Source: an uncultured Pelagibacteraceae bacterium (GTDB taxonomy: Bacteria > Pseudomonadota > Alphaproteobacteria > Pelagibacterales > Pelagibacteraceae). From it: a stretch of DNA of 64,000 nt. Of the stretch, positions 38,395 through 52,911 are shown in pieces (positions within the stretch are counted from its first letter, which is position 1; the number at the start of each line of letters is the position of its first letter). Where the stretch lies: NCBI GenBank assembly GCA_902552805.1, contig CACDIC010000003.1:42518-106517 (forward strand), given 5' to 3'. Both the position numbers and the translations under genes were made by a program. Under the pieces are notes generated by a model that saw only the letters and a list, made by a program, of their open reading frames with translations, was not told the DNA's origin and made no database searches.

Positions 38395-39173
38395 TGGCTC
38401 AAATAAGTTTACCTAACAACTCCAAAGTAAAAAAAGGTAAATATTTTAAGGATAAAACTGGTTCAAAAAATCTTAGAAAAGTAAATGTTTATAGATGGGA
38501 CCCGTCCACAGAGGAAAATCCTAGAATTGATACCTATGAGGTTGATATGGATAATTGTCCCTCAAAAGTTTTAGATATTTTAAATAAAATTAAAAATGAA
38601 ATAGATCCAACTTTGGCTTATAGAAGATCTTGTGCTCATGGAGTTTGTGGTTCGTGTGCAATGAATATGGATGGAAAAAATGGCCTTGCCTGTACAACTC
38701 CCCACAAAGAAATAGATGGTGATATCAATATTTATCCATTACCACACCTTAAGGTTAAAAAAGATCTAATAGGTGACTTGGATGGTTTATATAAACAGTA
38801 TCAGTCAATTGAGCCATGGTTAAAATCAAATTCAAAGTCAGAAACTAAAGAAATTTTTCAATCTAAAGAAGATAGAGCTAAACTAGATGGCGCATATGAA
38901 TGTATAATGTGTGCGTGTTGTTCAACTTCTTGCCCAAGTTATTGGTGGAATGGTGATAAATATCTAGGACCAGCAGTACTTTTACAAGCCTATCGATGGA
39001 TCATAGATAGTAGAGATGAAGAGAGAAATTCAAGATTAAAGAAGGTGGCAGATGAACTTAAACTTTATAGGTGTCACACAATTTTAAACTGTACTAGCGC
39101 TTGTCCAAAAGGTTTAAATCCTGCAAAAGCAATTGCTGAAATAAAAAAAATGTTAGCAACAGCTAATATTTAA
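38394..39173 (+). CDS. sdhB: Succinate dehydrogenase iron-sulfur subunit
   Basis: [34 protein letters not shown]. Confidence 0.98.
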   Translation: MAQISLPNNSKVKKGKYFKDKTGSKNLRKVNVYRWDPSTEENPRIDTYEVDMDNCPSKVLDILNKIKNEIDPTLAYRRSCAHGVCGSCAMNMDGKNGLACTTPHKEIDGDINIYPLPHLKVKKDLIGDLDGLYKQYQSIEPWLKSNSKSETKEIFQSKEDRAKLDGAYECIMCACCSTSCPSYWWNGDKYLGPAVLLQAYRWIIDSRDEERNSRLKKVADELKLYRCHTILNCTSACPKGLNPAKAIAEIKKMLATANI

Positions 39174-39215
39174 ACAATAGACTAATAACAATTTTTAATC
39201 TAAAAGGTCCTATTC

Positions 39216-42848
<3,633 letters not shown>

Positions 42849-42849
<1 letters not shown>

Positions 42850-43724
42850 TGTCAGTTCTTGTAAATAAAGAAACTAGATTAATTTGTCAGGGTTTTACTG
42901 GGTCGCATGGAACATTTCATTCTGAGCAAGCAATTAAATATGGAACTAAATTGGTTGGAGGAGTCACTCCTAAAAAAGGAGGTCAAAAACATTTAGGATT
43001 ACCAGTTTTTAATACAGTTAAAGAGGCTAAAAACTCTGAGGGTGCCAACGCTACAATGATATATGTGCCAGCGAAGTTTGCTGCTGCAGCAATCGTTGAG
43101 GCAATAGACGCATCAATCGAGTTAATTGTTTGCATTACTGAGGGAATCCCGATTCAAGACATGTTGAGAGTTAAACAGAAATTATTAAAATCAAATTCCA
43201 GATTAATTGGACCTAATTGTCCAGGAATAATAACTCCTGATGAATGTAAAATCGGTATAATGCCAGGCAATATCCATAAAAAAGGTTCAGTTGGTATTGT
43301 CTCTAGATCTGGGACTTTAACCTATGAGGCAGTTGCTCAAACGACTGAAAATGGATTAGGTCAATCCACTTGTATAGGTATTGGTGGAGATCCAATAAAT
43401 GGCACAAATTTTATTGATTGTTTAGATTTATTTTTAAATGATGATGAAACAGAGTCTATTTTAATGATAGGAGAAATAGGAGGTACAGCCGAAGAAGAAG
43501 CAGCAGATTTTATTAAAAATCATAAAATAAAAAAACCAATTGTTGGCTTTATAGCGGGTATAACAGCACCACCAGGTCGTAGGATGGGCCATGCTGGTGC
43601 AATCATTTCTGGGGGCAAAGGTGGCGCCAAAGATAAGATTAAAAAGATGGAAGATTGTGGAATAACAATGGCGAATTCTCCTTCCAAAATTGGAAAAACA
43701 CTATTCGATAAATTGTCTGATTGA
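42849..43724 (+). CDS. sucD: Succinyl-CoA synthetase alpha subunit
   Basis: [27 protein letters not shown]. Confidence 0.98.
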
Positions 43725-43759
43725 AAAATTTCTTAGTCAGTTTATATTGATTAAACATA

Positions 43760-46633
43760 ATGTCTTCCTCAAAAAATTTAGAATTTAAAAAAACAGCCTT
43801 TCTAAATAAATCAAACAGCGCTTTCATTGAAGAAATGTATTTAAAATTTGTGAACAACGACCCTGAATTACCCGATAGCTGGAGAAAATATTTTAAAGAA
43901 GTTGGAGACGAAGACGATATAATTGTTAATGAAATTAATGGTCCTTCGTGGAGTCCTTCTAAGAAAGTTTCAATTAATAAAAAGCAAAATTTTGAAAACC
44001 AAATCACAGAACAAAATGATGTTGATATAATTAAGTCAAACGCAAATTCAATTAAAGCTGTTGCAATGATTAGGTCCTATAGACAAAGAGGTCATTTAAT
44101 TGCAAAGCTAGATCCATTAGGATTATTAAAAACAGAATATTTAGAAGAACTTCATCCAGATTCTTATGGATTTAAAAAAGAAGATTACCAAAAAAAAATT
44201 TTCTTAGATGGTGTTACTAATAAGCAATACTCAAATATTAATGACTTATTAAAATTCTTAAAAGAAAAATATTGTGGTTCTTTAGGTTATGAATACATGC
44301 ATATTTCAAATCCTACTGAGAGAAAATGGTTTAGAGATCGTGTTGAAAAAGCAGAAGATTTTAATTTTACACAAAATGGTAAAGAGGCAATTCTTAATAA
44401 ACTAATTCAAGCTGAGGGTTTTGAAAAATTTCTTCATACTAAATATGTTGGTACTAAAAGATTTGGTCTTGATGGTGGTGAAAGCTTAATTCCTGCACTT
44501 GAACAAATAATTAAAATTGGTGGTCAGTCAAAAGTCAAAGAAGTTAAAATTGGAATGTCTCATAGAGGTCGACTCAATGTATTAGCAAATGTTCTTCAAA
44601 AATCTTATAAAAGAATATTTAATGAATTTACAGGAGAAATAAGTTCAAAGTCTAAGGATGATACTGGAGACGTAAAATATCATTTAGGTGCCTCATCTAA
44701 CAGAGAGTTTGATGGGAATTCAGTTCATGTGAGTTTGACAGATAATCCTTCACACTTAGAGGCAGTTAATCCAGTCGTATTAGGACAAACTAGAGCAAAA
44801 CAATTTTTTCATAAAGATAAAGATAGAAAAAAAGTAATTCCGATTCTAATCCATGGAGATGCAGCTTTTGCTGGACAAGGAGTGGTTGCTGAATGCTTTG
44901 CAATGTCTGGTCTTCCAGGACATAACACTGGTGGCACAATTCATATTATAGTAAACAATCAAATAGGTTTCACGACTAGTCCGAGATTTGCAAGATCTTC
45001 ACCATATCCTTCTGATATAGCGAAAATGGTTGAAGCACCAATTATTCATGTGAATGGTGACGATCCAGAAGCTGTTGTTTATGCAGCAAGAATTGCAACA
45101 GATTTCAGATTAAAATTTAATAGAGATGTTGTCATTGATTTAATTTGTTATAGAAGATTTGGACATAATGAGGGTGATGAGCCTTCATTTACTCAGCCTT
45201 TAATGTATAAAAAGATAAGATCTCATCCTTCAACTATCAAAGTTTATGGTGAAAAACTGGTAAGTGAAGGATCAATTACTAATGATTATTTAAATAATTC
45301 CATAAAAAAATTTAAAGATCTATTAGACGACCAATTTAAAAATGCAAAAAATTATAAACCAAAAATAGAGTGGTTTGAGGGAACTTGGTCAAGATATAGA
45401 CCAGAACGAGGAAAAGACAAAAGAGGAGTTACAGGCTCTGACACCAAAAAATTAAGAAATATTTCTGATAAAATAAATACAATACCGACTGAAATAAATA
45501 TTCACAAAACAATTACAAAAATATTAGATAATCGTAAAATTTCAGTTTCTAAAGGTAAAGGCATAGACTGGTCTACCGCGGAGTCTTTAGCATTTGGGTC
45601 ATTGTTGGAGGAGGGTTATCCAGTAAGACTCGTAGGTCAAGATTCAGGAAGAGGGACATTTAGTCAAAGACATTCTGTTTTAAGAAATCAAATAGATAAT
45701 TCGAGATATATCCCTTTAAATAATATTTCTAATAAACAAAAAAATTTTGAAATAGTAGATAGTTTTTTATCTGAATTAGCTGTTCTAGGATTTGAATATG
45801 GATATAGTTTGGTGGAACCTAATACACTTACTATCTGGGAGGCTCAATTTGGAGATTTTGCTAATGGTGCTCAAGTAGTTATTGATCAATTCATAGCTTC
45901 TGGTGAACGAAAATGGTCTAGAGCCTCTGGATTAGTAATGTTGTTACCACATGGATATGAGGGTCAAGGACCTGAGCATTCATCAGCAAGGCTAGAAAGG
46001 TTTTTACAATTATGTTCAAATGATAACATGCAAGTCATGAATTGCACAACTCCTGCAAATTATTTCCATGCTTTAAGAAGACAAATGCATAGAGATTTTA
46101 GAAAACCATTAATTATTATGACACCAAAATCTTTATTACGTCATAAACATTGTGTTTCTAATTTGGATGATTTTAGTAAAAAAAATTCTTTTCATAGAGT
46201 TTTATGGGATCATGCTATTGATCCGAAAGTAAAAGGATTTATTAAACTAAAAAAACCAAAAGATATTGTAAAAGTGATTCTTTGTTCTGGAAAAGTCTAC
46301 TTTGATTTACTTGAAGCGAGAGAAAAAATAAAAAAAGATAACGTAGTTTTATATAGGATTGAACAACTTTACCCTTTTCCTGCAAAAGCACTTGCTAATG
46401 AGCTTAAACCATATGCTAAAAAAGCAAAATTTTATTGGTGTCAAGAAGAGCCCAAAAATATGGGTGCTTGGTTTTCAGTCAGAGATTATATCCAATGGAC
46501 ATTAGATAATATAAAGGCTAAGAATAGTATGATTTCTTATATTGGAAGAAGTCCAGATGCATCACCTGCAACAGGATATGCCAAGAGACATGTTTCTCAA
46601 CAACAAGAAATTATAAAGAAAGTTTTTGAATAA
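43760..46633 (+). CDS. sucA: 2-oxoglutarate dehydrogenase E1
   Basis: KRFGLDGGE, HRGRLNVL, GDVKYHLG, HGDAAF, WEAQFGDF, HGYEGQGPEHSS. Confidence 0.98.
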   Translation: MSSSKNLEFKKTAFLNKSNSAFIEEMYLKFVNNDPELPDSWRKYFKEVGDEDDIIVNEINGPSWSPSKKVSINKKQNFENQITEQNDVDIIKSNANSIKAVAMIRSYRQRGHLIAKLDPLGLLKTEYLEELHPDSYGFKKEDYQKKIFLDGVTNKQYSNINDLLKFLKEKYCGSLGYEYMHISNPTERKWFRDRVEKAEDFNFTQNGKEAILNKLIQAEGFEKFLHTKYVGTKRFGLDGGESLIPALEQIIKIGGQSKVKEVKIGMSHRGRLNVLANVLQKSYKRIFNEFTGEISSKSKDDTGDVKYHLGASSNREFDGNSVHVSLTDNPSHLEAVNPVVLGQTRAKQFFHKDKDRKKVIPILIHGDAAFAGQGVVAECFAMSGLPGHNTGGTIHIIVNNQIGFTTSPRFARSSPYPSDIAKMVEAPIIHVNGDDPEAVVYAARIATDFRLKFNRDVVIDLICYRRFGHNEGDEPSFTQPLMYKKIRSHPSTIKVYGEKLVSEGSITNDYLNNSIKKFKDLLDDQFKNAKNYKPKIEWFEGTWSRYRPERGKDKRGVTGSDTKKLRNISDKINTIPTEINIHKTITKILDNRKISVSKGKGIDWSTAESLAFGSLLEEGYPVRLVGQDSGRGTFSQRHSVLRNQIDNSRYIPLNNISNKQKNFEIVDSFLSELAVLGFEYGYSLVEPNTLTIWEAQFGDFANGAQVVIDQFIASGERKWSRASGLVMLLPHGYEGQGPEHSSARLERFLQLCSNDNMQVMNCTTPANYFHALRRQMHRDFRKPLIIMTPKSLLRHKHCVSNLDDFSKKNSFHRVLWDHAIDPKVKGFIKLKKPKDIVKVILCSGKVYFDLLEAREKIKKDNVVLYRIEQLYPFPAKALANELKPYAKKAKFYWCQEEPKNMGAWFSVRDYIQWTLDNIKAKNSMISYIGRSPDASPATGYAKRHVSQQQEIIKKVFE

Positions 46634-46639
46634 ATATTG

Positions 46640-47926
46640 ATGAGTGAAAAGATATTAGTTCCAGTTCTTGGGGAAAGTATCACAGAGGCTACTGTCTCTA
46701 AGTGGTTAAAAAATGAAGGTGACCCCGTTGAAGCTGATGAACCACTTGTTGAACTAGAAACTGACAAAGTAAATTTAGAGGTTCCTTCTCCAGTATCTGG
46801 TGTTCTTACAAAAATAAATTCAAAAAATGGATCGGTTGTTGAAGTTGGTGCTGATTTAGGATTTGTTTCCGAGAGTGAGGCTAAATCTAAAGAAAATCAG
46901 GAAATTAAAAAGATACAACCCACTGTGAAAGTTGAAAAGGAAAATTTGATAGATGAAGATGATAAAAATGAGGAGATGGAAGTTTTTCAAGATAATGTTG
47001 AAGAGGAGAAACCATTAGTTCTTACTAAAGAGGTAGAACCTTTAAAAGTAGAAGCTGAAATAAAAATCGATGAAACTCTGTCTCCAGCGGTAAGAAAAAT
47101 TGTAACTGAAAATAATATAGATATCAGCTCTGTCAAAGGTTCAGGAAAAGATGGCAGAGTTTTAAAAGGTGATCTAATAAATTTAATGGGTGTCAATCCT
47201 CCTCCATCTGAAAGAAAAATAAAGCATGGTCAAGAAGAGAGAATTAAAATGACCAGATTAAGACAAACTATTGCTAAGAGACTAAAACAAGCACAGGATA
47301 ATGCAGCTTTACTGACAACATTTAATGAAGTTGATATGTCAAATGTAATGATGATGAGAAAAGAAAATCAAGATGATTTTCAAAATCGCTATGGTGTAAA
47401 ATTAGGTTTTATGTCTTTTTTTGTTAAAGCAAGCATAGTAGCATTAAAAAATTTCCCTGCGATAAACGCTGAAATTGAAGGTGATACAATTGTTTATAAA
47501 AATTATTATAATATAAGTTTTGCAGTTGGCACTGAAAAAGGATTGGTTGTGCCAGTCCTAAAAAACGCGGATGAATTATCTTTTGCAGATATTGAAAAAA
47601 ATATTAAAGAAATTTCAGAAAAAGCAAAAAGTGGAAAACTTACAATTGAAGATCTTCAAGGTGGGACTTTCACTATCAGTAATGGAGGTGTTTATGGTTC
47701 AATGCTTTCAACCCCAATTCTTAATCTTCCACAATCAGGTGTCTTAGGTATGCACAATATAGTTGATAGACCTATCGTAGTTGATGGAGAAATTAAGATC
47801 AGACCTATAATGTATTTAGCATTATCATACGACCATAGAATTGTTGATGGTAAAGAGTCTGTTTCTTTTTTAAAAATGATTAAGGAAAATTTGGAGGAAC
47901 CAAGAAGGCTATTTTTGGATATTTAA
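46640..47926 (+). CDS. sucB: Dihydrolipoyllysine succinyltransferase E2
   Basis: ETDKV lipoyl site, [22 protein letters not shown]. Confidence 0.97.
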   Translation: MSEKILVPVLGESITEATVSKWLKNEGDPVEADEPLVELETDKVNLEVPSPVSGVLTKINSKNGSVVEVGADLGFVSESEAKSKENQEIKKIQPTVKVEKENLIDEDDKNEEMEVFQDNVEEEKPLVLTKEVEPLKVEAEIKIDETLSPAVRKIVTENNIDISSVKGSGKDGRVLKGDLINLMGVNPPPSERKIKHGQEERIKMTRLRQTIAKRLKQAQDNAALLTTFNEVDMSNVMMMRKENQDDFQNRYGVKLGFMSFFVKASIVALKNFPAINAEIEGDTIVYKNYYNISFAVGTEKGLVVPVLKNADELSFADIEKNIKEISEKAKSGKLTIEDLQGGTFTISNGGVYGSMLSTPILNLPQSGVLGMHNIVDRPIVVDGEIKIRPIMYLALSYDHRIVDGKESVSFLKMIKENLEEPRRLFLDI

Positions 47927-49327
47927 ATGACAGATAAATTTCAAGCGGTAGTAATTGGTGGAGGACCTGGAGGTTATGTTTGTGCAATAAGATTAGCACA
48001 ATTAGGCCTCAAAACTGCATGTATAGAATCTAGGGGTTCACTAGGTGGTACTTGTTTAAATGTTGGATGTATTCCTTCTAAAAGTTTATTAAATTTATCT
48101 GAGGAGTTTCATAACGCACAAAGTCTATCAAAAAAAGGAATTGAAATTGGTGAGGTAAAATTAAACTTGTCAAAAATGATGAAGAATAAGGATAAAGCAG
48201 TTACGATTTTAACCAAAGGGGTAGAATTCCTTCTTAAAAAAAATAAAGTTACATATTTTAAAGGCACTGGAAGTTTCAAATCTAAAAATGATATTGTAAT
48301 CAAAGATATCAATAGTAAAGAGACAATTATACAAACTGAAAATACTATAATTGCAACTGGTTCGGTTCCAGTATCATTACCAGGAATTGAAATTGATGAA
48401 AAAGTAATTGTTTCATCCACTGGAGCACTTAAGTTAGAACAAGTCCCCAAAAAAATGGTTGTGGTTGGCGGAGGATACATAGGTTTAGAGATGGGGTCTG
48501 TATGGTCTAGACTTGGTTCAGAAGTTCATGTAGTTGAGTTTTTAGATCATATCACACCAGGTATGGATAAGGAGATTTCTAGCGAGTTTATGAAAATTTT
48601 AAAAAAACAAGGCATCAATTTTCATATGCAGCATAAAGTAGAGAAAATTAAAAAAAATAACAATAATGCAATTGTTTCAACTTTAAACGAAAATGGTACC
48701 AAAAAAGATTTTGAATGTGATGTAGTATTAATATCTGTTGGTCGAAAGCCAAATACAGAGGGACTAAATCTTCAAAAAATTGGTGTGGAATTAGATAAAA
48801 AAAAGAGAGTAAAAACTGACAAAAATTTTAAAACTAATCAAAATAATATTTATGCGATAGGAGATGTAATAAGTGGCCCTATGTTAGCGCATAAAGCTGA
48901 AGATGAAGGAATTGCAGTTGCAGAAAATATAGCAGGTCAATCAGGTCATGTTAACTATGATACTATCCCTGGTGTGATTTATACGAGTCCAGAAGTTGCC
49001 TCTATTGGAAAAACAGAGGAGCAATTAAAAGAACATAAAATAAATTATAAAGTAGGAAAATTTTCATTTATGGCAAACTCAAGAGCAAAAGCTATTGATG
49101 ACACAGAAGGTTTTGTAAAAATTCTTGCTGATGAAAAAACTGACAAAGTATTGGGAGCGCACTTGATAGGTCCACACGCTGGAGAATTAATTGCTGAGAT
49201 TGCAGTTGCGATGGAGTTTGGCGCAAGTTCAGAGGATATAGCGCGAACATGTCATGCTCATCCAACATTCTCTGAAGCTGTAAAAGAGGCAGCTTTGTCA
49301 GTAGAAAAAAGAGCTATACATTCTTAG
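47927..49327 (+). CDS. lpdA: Dihydrolipoyl dehydrogenase E3
   Basis: GGGPGGY, GGTCLNVGCIPSK, HAHPTFSE. Confidence 0.98.
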   Translation: MTDKFQAVVIGGGPGGYVCAIRLAQLGLKTACIESRGSLGGTCLNVGCIPSKSLLNLSEEFHNAQSLSKKGIEIGEVKLNLSKMMKNKDKAVTILTKGVEFLLKKNKVTYFKGTGSFKSKNDIVIKDINSKETIIQTENTIIATGSVPVSLPGIEIDEKVIVSSTGALKLEQVPKKMVVVGGGYIGLEMGSVWSRLGSEVHVVEFLDHITPGMDKEISSEFMKILKKQGINFHMQHKVEKIKKNNNNAIVSTLNENGTKKDFECDVVLISVGRKPNTEGLNLQKIGVELDKKKRVKTDKNFKTNQNNIYAIGDVISGPMLAHKAEDEGIAVAENIAGQSGHVNYDTIPGVIYTSPEVASIGKTEEQLKEHKINYKVGKFSFMANSRAKAIDDTEGFVKILADEKTDKVLGAHLIGPHAGELIAEIAVAMEFGASSEDIARTCHAHPTFSEAVKEAALSVEKRAIHS

Positions 49328-49373
49328 AAAAAATAGCACCTGTTCTAGATTTTGGTATTTAAAATGTTAAAAA

Positions 49374-50195
49374 ATGGTTGAAGATTCAAAAAAAATTAAA
49401 ATGTCAAAACTAATAAGCATAATCGTTAATTGTTATAATGGTGAAAAGTATCTTAAACAAACACTGGAAAGTATTCAAAAACAAAATTACACCAATTGGG
49501 AATTAATTTTTTGGGATAACCAATCTACCGATAATAGCAAAGCAATTTTAAAAAGTTTTAATGAATCAAGATTTAAATATTTTTATTCTGAAAAATTTAC
49601 TTCACTCTACGAAGCAAGAAATTTAGCCTGCGAAAAATGTAATGGTGAATTTATTGCTTTCTTAGATTGTGATGATTGGTGGTATGATGATTTTCTTTCT
49701 GAACGAGAAAGATTTTTTTCAAATAAGCAATTTAAATTTTCATTTTCAAAATTTCATTTTTTTTTTCAAAAAAGCAATAAATTTATGATAAATTATGAAA
49801 AAGAAATTCCTAATGGTAAGGTCTATGATTTTTTATCTAAAAATTATCTAGTAGCAATAAGTGGTTTGATACTAAGAAAAGATTTACTTGAAAGGATAAA
49901 TTTTTTTAACAAAGAATTTAATATTATTGGTGATTTTGATGCGGTAATGAAAATATCTAAAATAGAAGAAGCTTATGTAATACAAAAACCATTGTTATCT
50001 ATTCGAATACATGGTGAAAATTTTGGTGATAAATATCGAAAAATGTTTTTTAAAGAGTTTAAGAGATGGTATTTTTTTCAGGAAAGAGATAATTTTTTTA
50101 ATAAAAATAAGTTCTTTTTTCAAAAAAGACTTTTGTATTTATTTATCGTCAGCATAACACCCAGATTTTTAAGAGATTTATTAAAAAAGAAATAG
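49374..50195 (+). CDS. Family 2 glycosyltransferase
   Basis: ISIIVNCYNGEKYL, WDNQSTD, ARN, FLDCDD (DxD), GDFD; alternative start 49401. Confidence 0.9.
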   Translation: MVEDSKKIKMSKLISIIVNCYNGEKYLKQTLESIQKQNYTNWELIFWDNQSTDNSKAILKSFNESRFKYFYSEKFTSLYEARNLACEKCNGEFIAFLDCDDWWYDDFLSERERFFSNKQFKFSFSKFHFFFQKSNKFMINYEKEIPNGKVYDFLSKNYLVAISGLILRKDLLERINFFNKEFNIIGDFDAVMKISKIEEAYVIQKPLLSIRIHGENFGDKYRKMFFKEFKRWYFFQERDNFFNKNKFFFQKRLLYLFIVSITPRFLRDLLKKK

Positions 50196-50290
50196 ATAAA
50201 TTTTAACTTATGGTTTATCTATAATTGATAATAATTTAATCAGATTGGGTAATAAATAAAAAAACTTTATAGATTGTTATATACTAAGTT

Positions 50291-52246
50291 ATGAAGTTTC
50301 CGATTCTTATACCAAATATATTTAATTATCCTTTTACCTACGAGAGTAAATTAAATTTGAAAATTGGTGATTTTGTCGAAGTTCCTTTCGGAAAATCAAC
50401 AAAAATAGGTGTTGTGTGGAATTATTTTGAAAAAGATAATGATAAAAATTATAAAACCAGAAAAATAATTAGAAAATTAAAAATCCCACAATTAAAAAAA
50501 AAAACATTAGATTTTTTAAACTGGTTTTCAGAATATAACGTTGTACCAAAAGGAATGGCACTCAAATTAACCTTATTGAGTGGAAAACCAGTTGCAATAT
50601 TAGATAAGGAAATTTATGAAAACTTCATTTTTAAGTTAAACAAAAATTCTTTTCAATTAAATTCAGAACAAAAAAAGTCTCTTACAGAAATAAATGATAT
50701 GAACAAAAAGTTTAATGTTCATGTTTTACAAGGAACAACTGGATCGGGTAAAACTATTGTCTATTTTGAAGCTTTAAAGCATGTTTTGCATAAAGGTTAT
50801 CAAGGATTGATAATGTTACCAGAAATTGGTTTGACCAATCAATTTGAAAAAAAGTTTTTTGAATTTTTTGGCTTTAAACCTGCAATATGGCATTCTGGTA
50901 TATCAAAAAAAAATAAAGAAATTATTTGGAGTGGATTAACGAATGGAAAAATTAGTGTAGTCATTGGAGCCAGATCATCTTTATTTTTACCATTCAAAAA
51001 ATTAGGATTAATAATAGTAGACGAAGAACATGATCAATCTTACAAACAAGATGAAGGGGTAATATTTAACGCTCGAGATATGGCTATCTCTAGGGCATCA
51101 TTTGAAAATATTCCAATAAATCTCATCACTTCTGTACCATCAATAGAAACATATGTTAATATAAAGAAAAAAAAGTACAGCTCCTCAAAACTTGTTCGAA
51201 GATATCGAAATGCTTCTTTACCAAATTATGAAATAATTAATTTAAATAATGTTAAAATGGATAAGCAATCTTGGCTTTCTAAAGAGATAATTCAAAAAGT
51301 AAATTTTCACCTAAATAAAAATGATCAAGTTTTATTTTTTTTAAATAGAAGAGGCTTCTCCCCATGTGTTTTGTGCAAAAAATGTTCCAATAGTTTCCCA
51401 TGTCCAAATTGCTCAATAAATTTAGTTTATCACAAAAATAAAAATAATTTACTTTGTCATTATTGTGGATTTAAAAGTTTTTTGAATAGAGAATGTTCTA
51501 AAAAGGGACTTTGTGATTTTATATTTTGTGGACCTGGTGTGGAAAGGATCTCAGAAGAAGTAAAAAAAAATTTTCCATCAAAAAAAATTGAAATTTTTTC
51601 GAGTGATACGATGAATAAAAAAAGTTCAAAAGAAAAATTAGAAAAAATAATTAATAATAAAATCGAAATTTTAGTTGGAACACAATTAATTTCCAAAGGT
51701 TTTCATTTTCCAAACTTGAATTGTATTGTTGTAGTAGATATTGATTTATCACTAATGGGACATGACTTGAGAAGTGCAGAAAAAAATTTACAATTATATC
51801 ACCAGTTATCAGGGAGAGCTGGACGAACAGGGAGACCGTCTACTATTTATTTTCAAACTTATAACTTCAATACAAAATTGATTCACGATATTACCAATAA
51901 GAATCCAGAAATTTTTCTTGATAAAGAAATAGAAATTCGAAAAAAAAATAATTTACCTCCATTTCAAAGATTTATTTCTCTAGTTTTGACAGGTAACAAT
52001 GAAAATGAATTAGAAAAAGAGGCTATTAAATTCAAACTATTCATTTCTAATAAGATAAATGGAAAAATTTTAGGTCCGGTAAGCGCTCCTCTTTTTAAAT
52101 TAAAGAGCAAATATCGTGTACGATTACTTATAAGAGGTGCTAAAACTCTTAAATTACAAAATAGTTTAGCATCAATAATTCCAAAATATAAATTTGCCTC
52201 AGGAATAAAACTTTCAGTTGATGTTGATCCAATTAGCTTTAATTAA
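50291..52246 (+). CDS. priA: Primosomal protein N' (replication restart helicase)
   Basis: GTTGSGKT, GARS, DEEH..SYKQ, LNRRG, four CxxC zinc motifs, QLSGRAGR, VDVDP. Confidence 0.96.
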   Translation: MKFPILIPNIFNYPFTYESKLNLKIGDFVEVPFGKSTKIGVVWNYFEKDNDKNYKTRKIIRKLKIPQLKKKTLDFLNWFSEYNVVPKGMALKLTLLSGKPVAILDKEIYENFIFKLNKNSFQLNSEQKKSLTEINDMNKKFNVHVLQGTTGSGKTIVYFEALKHVLHKGYQGLIMLPEIGLTNQFEKKFFEFFGFKPAIWHSGISKKNKEIIWSGLTNGKISVVIGARSSLFLPFKKLGLIIVDEEHDQSYKQDEGVIFNARDMAISRASFENIPINLITSVPSIETYVNIKKKKYSSSKLVRRYRNASLPNYEIINLNNVKMDKQSWLSKEIIQKVNFHLNKNDQVLFFLNRRGFSPCVLCKKCSNSFPCPNCSINLVYHKNKNNLLCHYCGFKSFLNRECSKKGLCDFIFCGPGVERISEEVKKNFPSKKIEIFSSDTMNKKSSKEKLEKIINNKIEILVGTQLISKGFHFPNLNCIVVVDIDLSLMGHDLRSAEKNLQLYHQLSGRAGRTGRPSTIYFQTYNFNTKLIHDITNKNPEIFLDKEIEIRKKNNLPPFQRFISLVLTGNNENELEKEAIKFKLFISNKINGKILGPVSAPLFKLKSKYRVRLLIRGAKTLKLQNSLASIIPKYKFASGIKLSVDVDPISFN

Positions 52247-52281
52247 CGCTCAAAAAAACTAATTTTTAGCTAATGTGTTAC

Positions 52282-52310
52282 TTGAAGACTATAAAGGCAT
52301 GTGCTAATTA
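52282..52310 (+). promoter_or_regulatory. Candidate sigma70 promoter of the atpHAGDC operon
   Basis: TTGAAG (52282-87), 17 bp, TAATTA (52305-10) preceded by TGn. Confidence 0.4.
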
Positions 52311-52353
52311 AATCGTGATTTTAAATTAATCATATTCATTTGAAGGGTAAAAA

Positions 52354-52911
52354 TTGAGTAAAAATAAAGGATTTTCAGATACTTCAGCTAATAGATATTC
52401 TTTAGCTTTGTATGAGTTAGCGAAAGATTCTAACTCATTGGTTAATTTAGAAATAAATGCAAAAGCTTTTTTAAATTTAATTTCAAATAATAAAGATTTT
52501 AAAAATTTTATAAAGGATCCTACATTAAACAGAGAAATTTTGACTAGTGTAATTAATAAGATTTCAGATAATTTTAAGTTAGAAATTCTTTTTAAAAATT
52601 TTGTAAATTTTTTGGTCTTAAAAAGAAGATTTTTTTATCTAGAGCAAATTTTAAAAACATTTATTGAAATATGTTCAGAAAAAAGAGGTGAATTGAAAGC
52701 AGAAATTAAATCTGCAAAATTACTTAATCAAGAGGAGATTAAAAAAATTACAGATGAATTATCAAATAACTTCAAATCTCAAATAAAATTAAATTATATA
52801 CAAGACGAAAGTTTAATTGGAGGTTTGGTCGTTCAAGTGGGAAGTACTATGATTGATACATCAATAAAAAGTAAATTACAACAAATTGAAAATAGAATGA
52901 TAGAGGCATAA
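52354..52911 (+). CDS. atpH: ATP synthase F1 delta subunit
   Basis: RYSLALYELA, LIGGLVVQVGSTMIDTS; TTG start. Confidence 0.95.
   Translation: MSKNKGFSDTSANRYSLALYELAKDSNSLVNLEINAKAFLNLISNNKDFKNFIKDPTLNREILTSVINKISDNFKLEILFKNFVNFLVLKRRFFYLEQILKTFIEICSEKRGELKAEIKSAKLLNQEEIKKITDELSNNFKSQIKLNYIQDESLIGGLVVQVGSTMIDTSIKSKLQQIENRMIEA

Noticed and set aside
50193-50290. AT-rich inverted repeats between GT2 and priA (TAGATAAA/TTTATCTA, ATCTATAA/TTATAGAT)
   Set aside because: Short, weak and compatible with chance at this base composition
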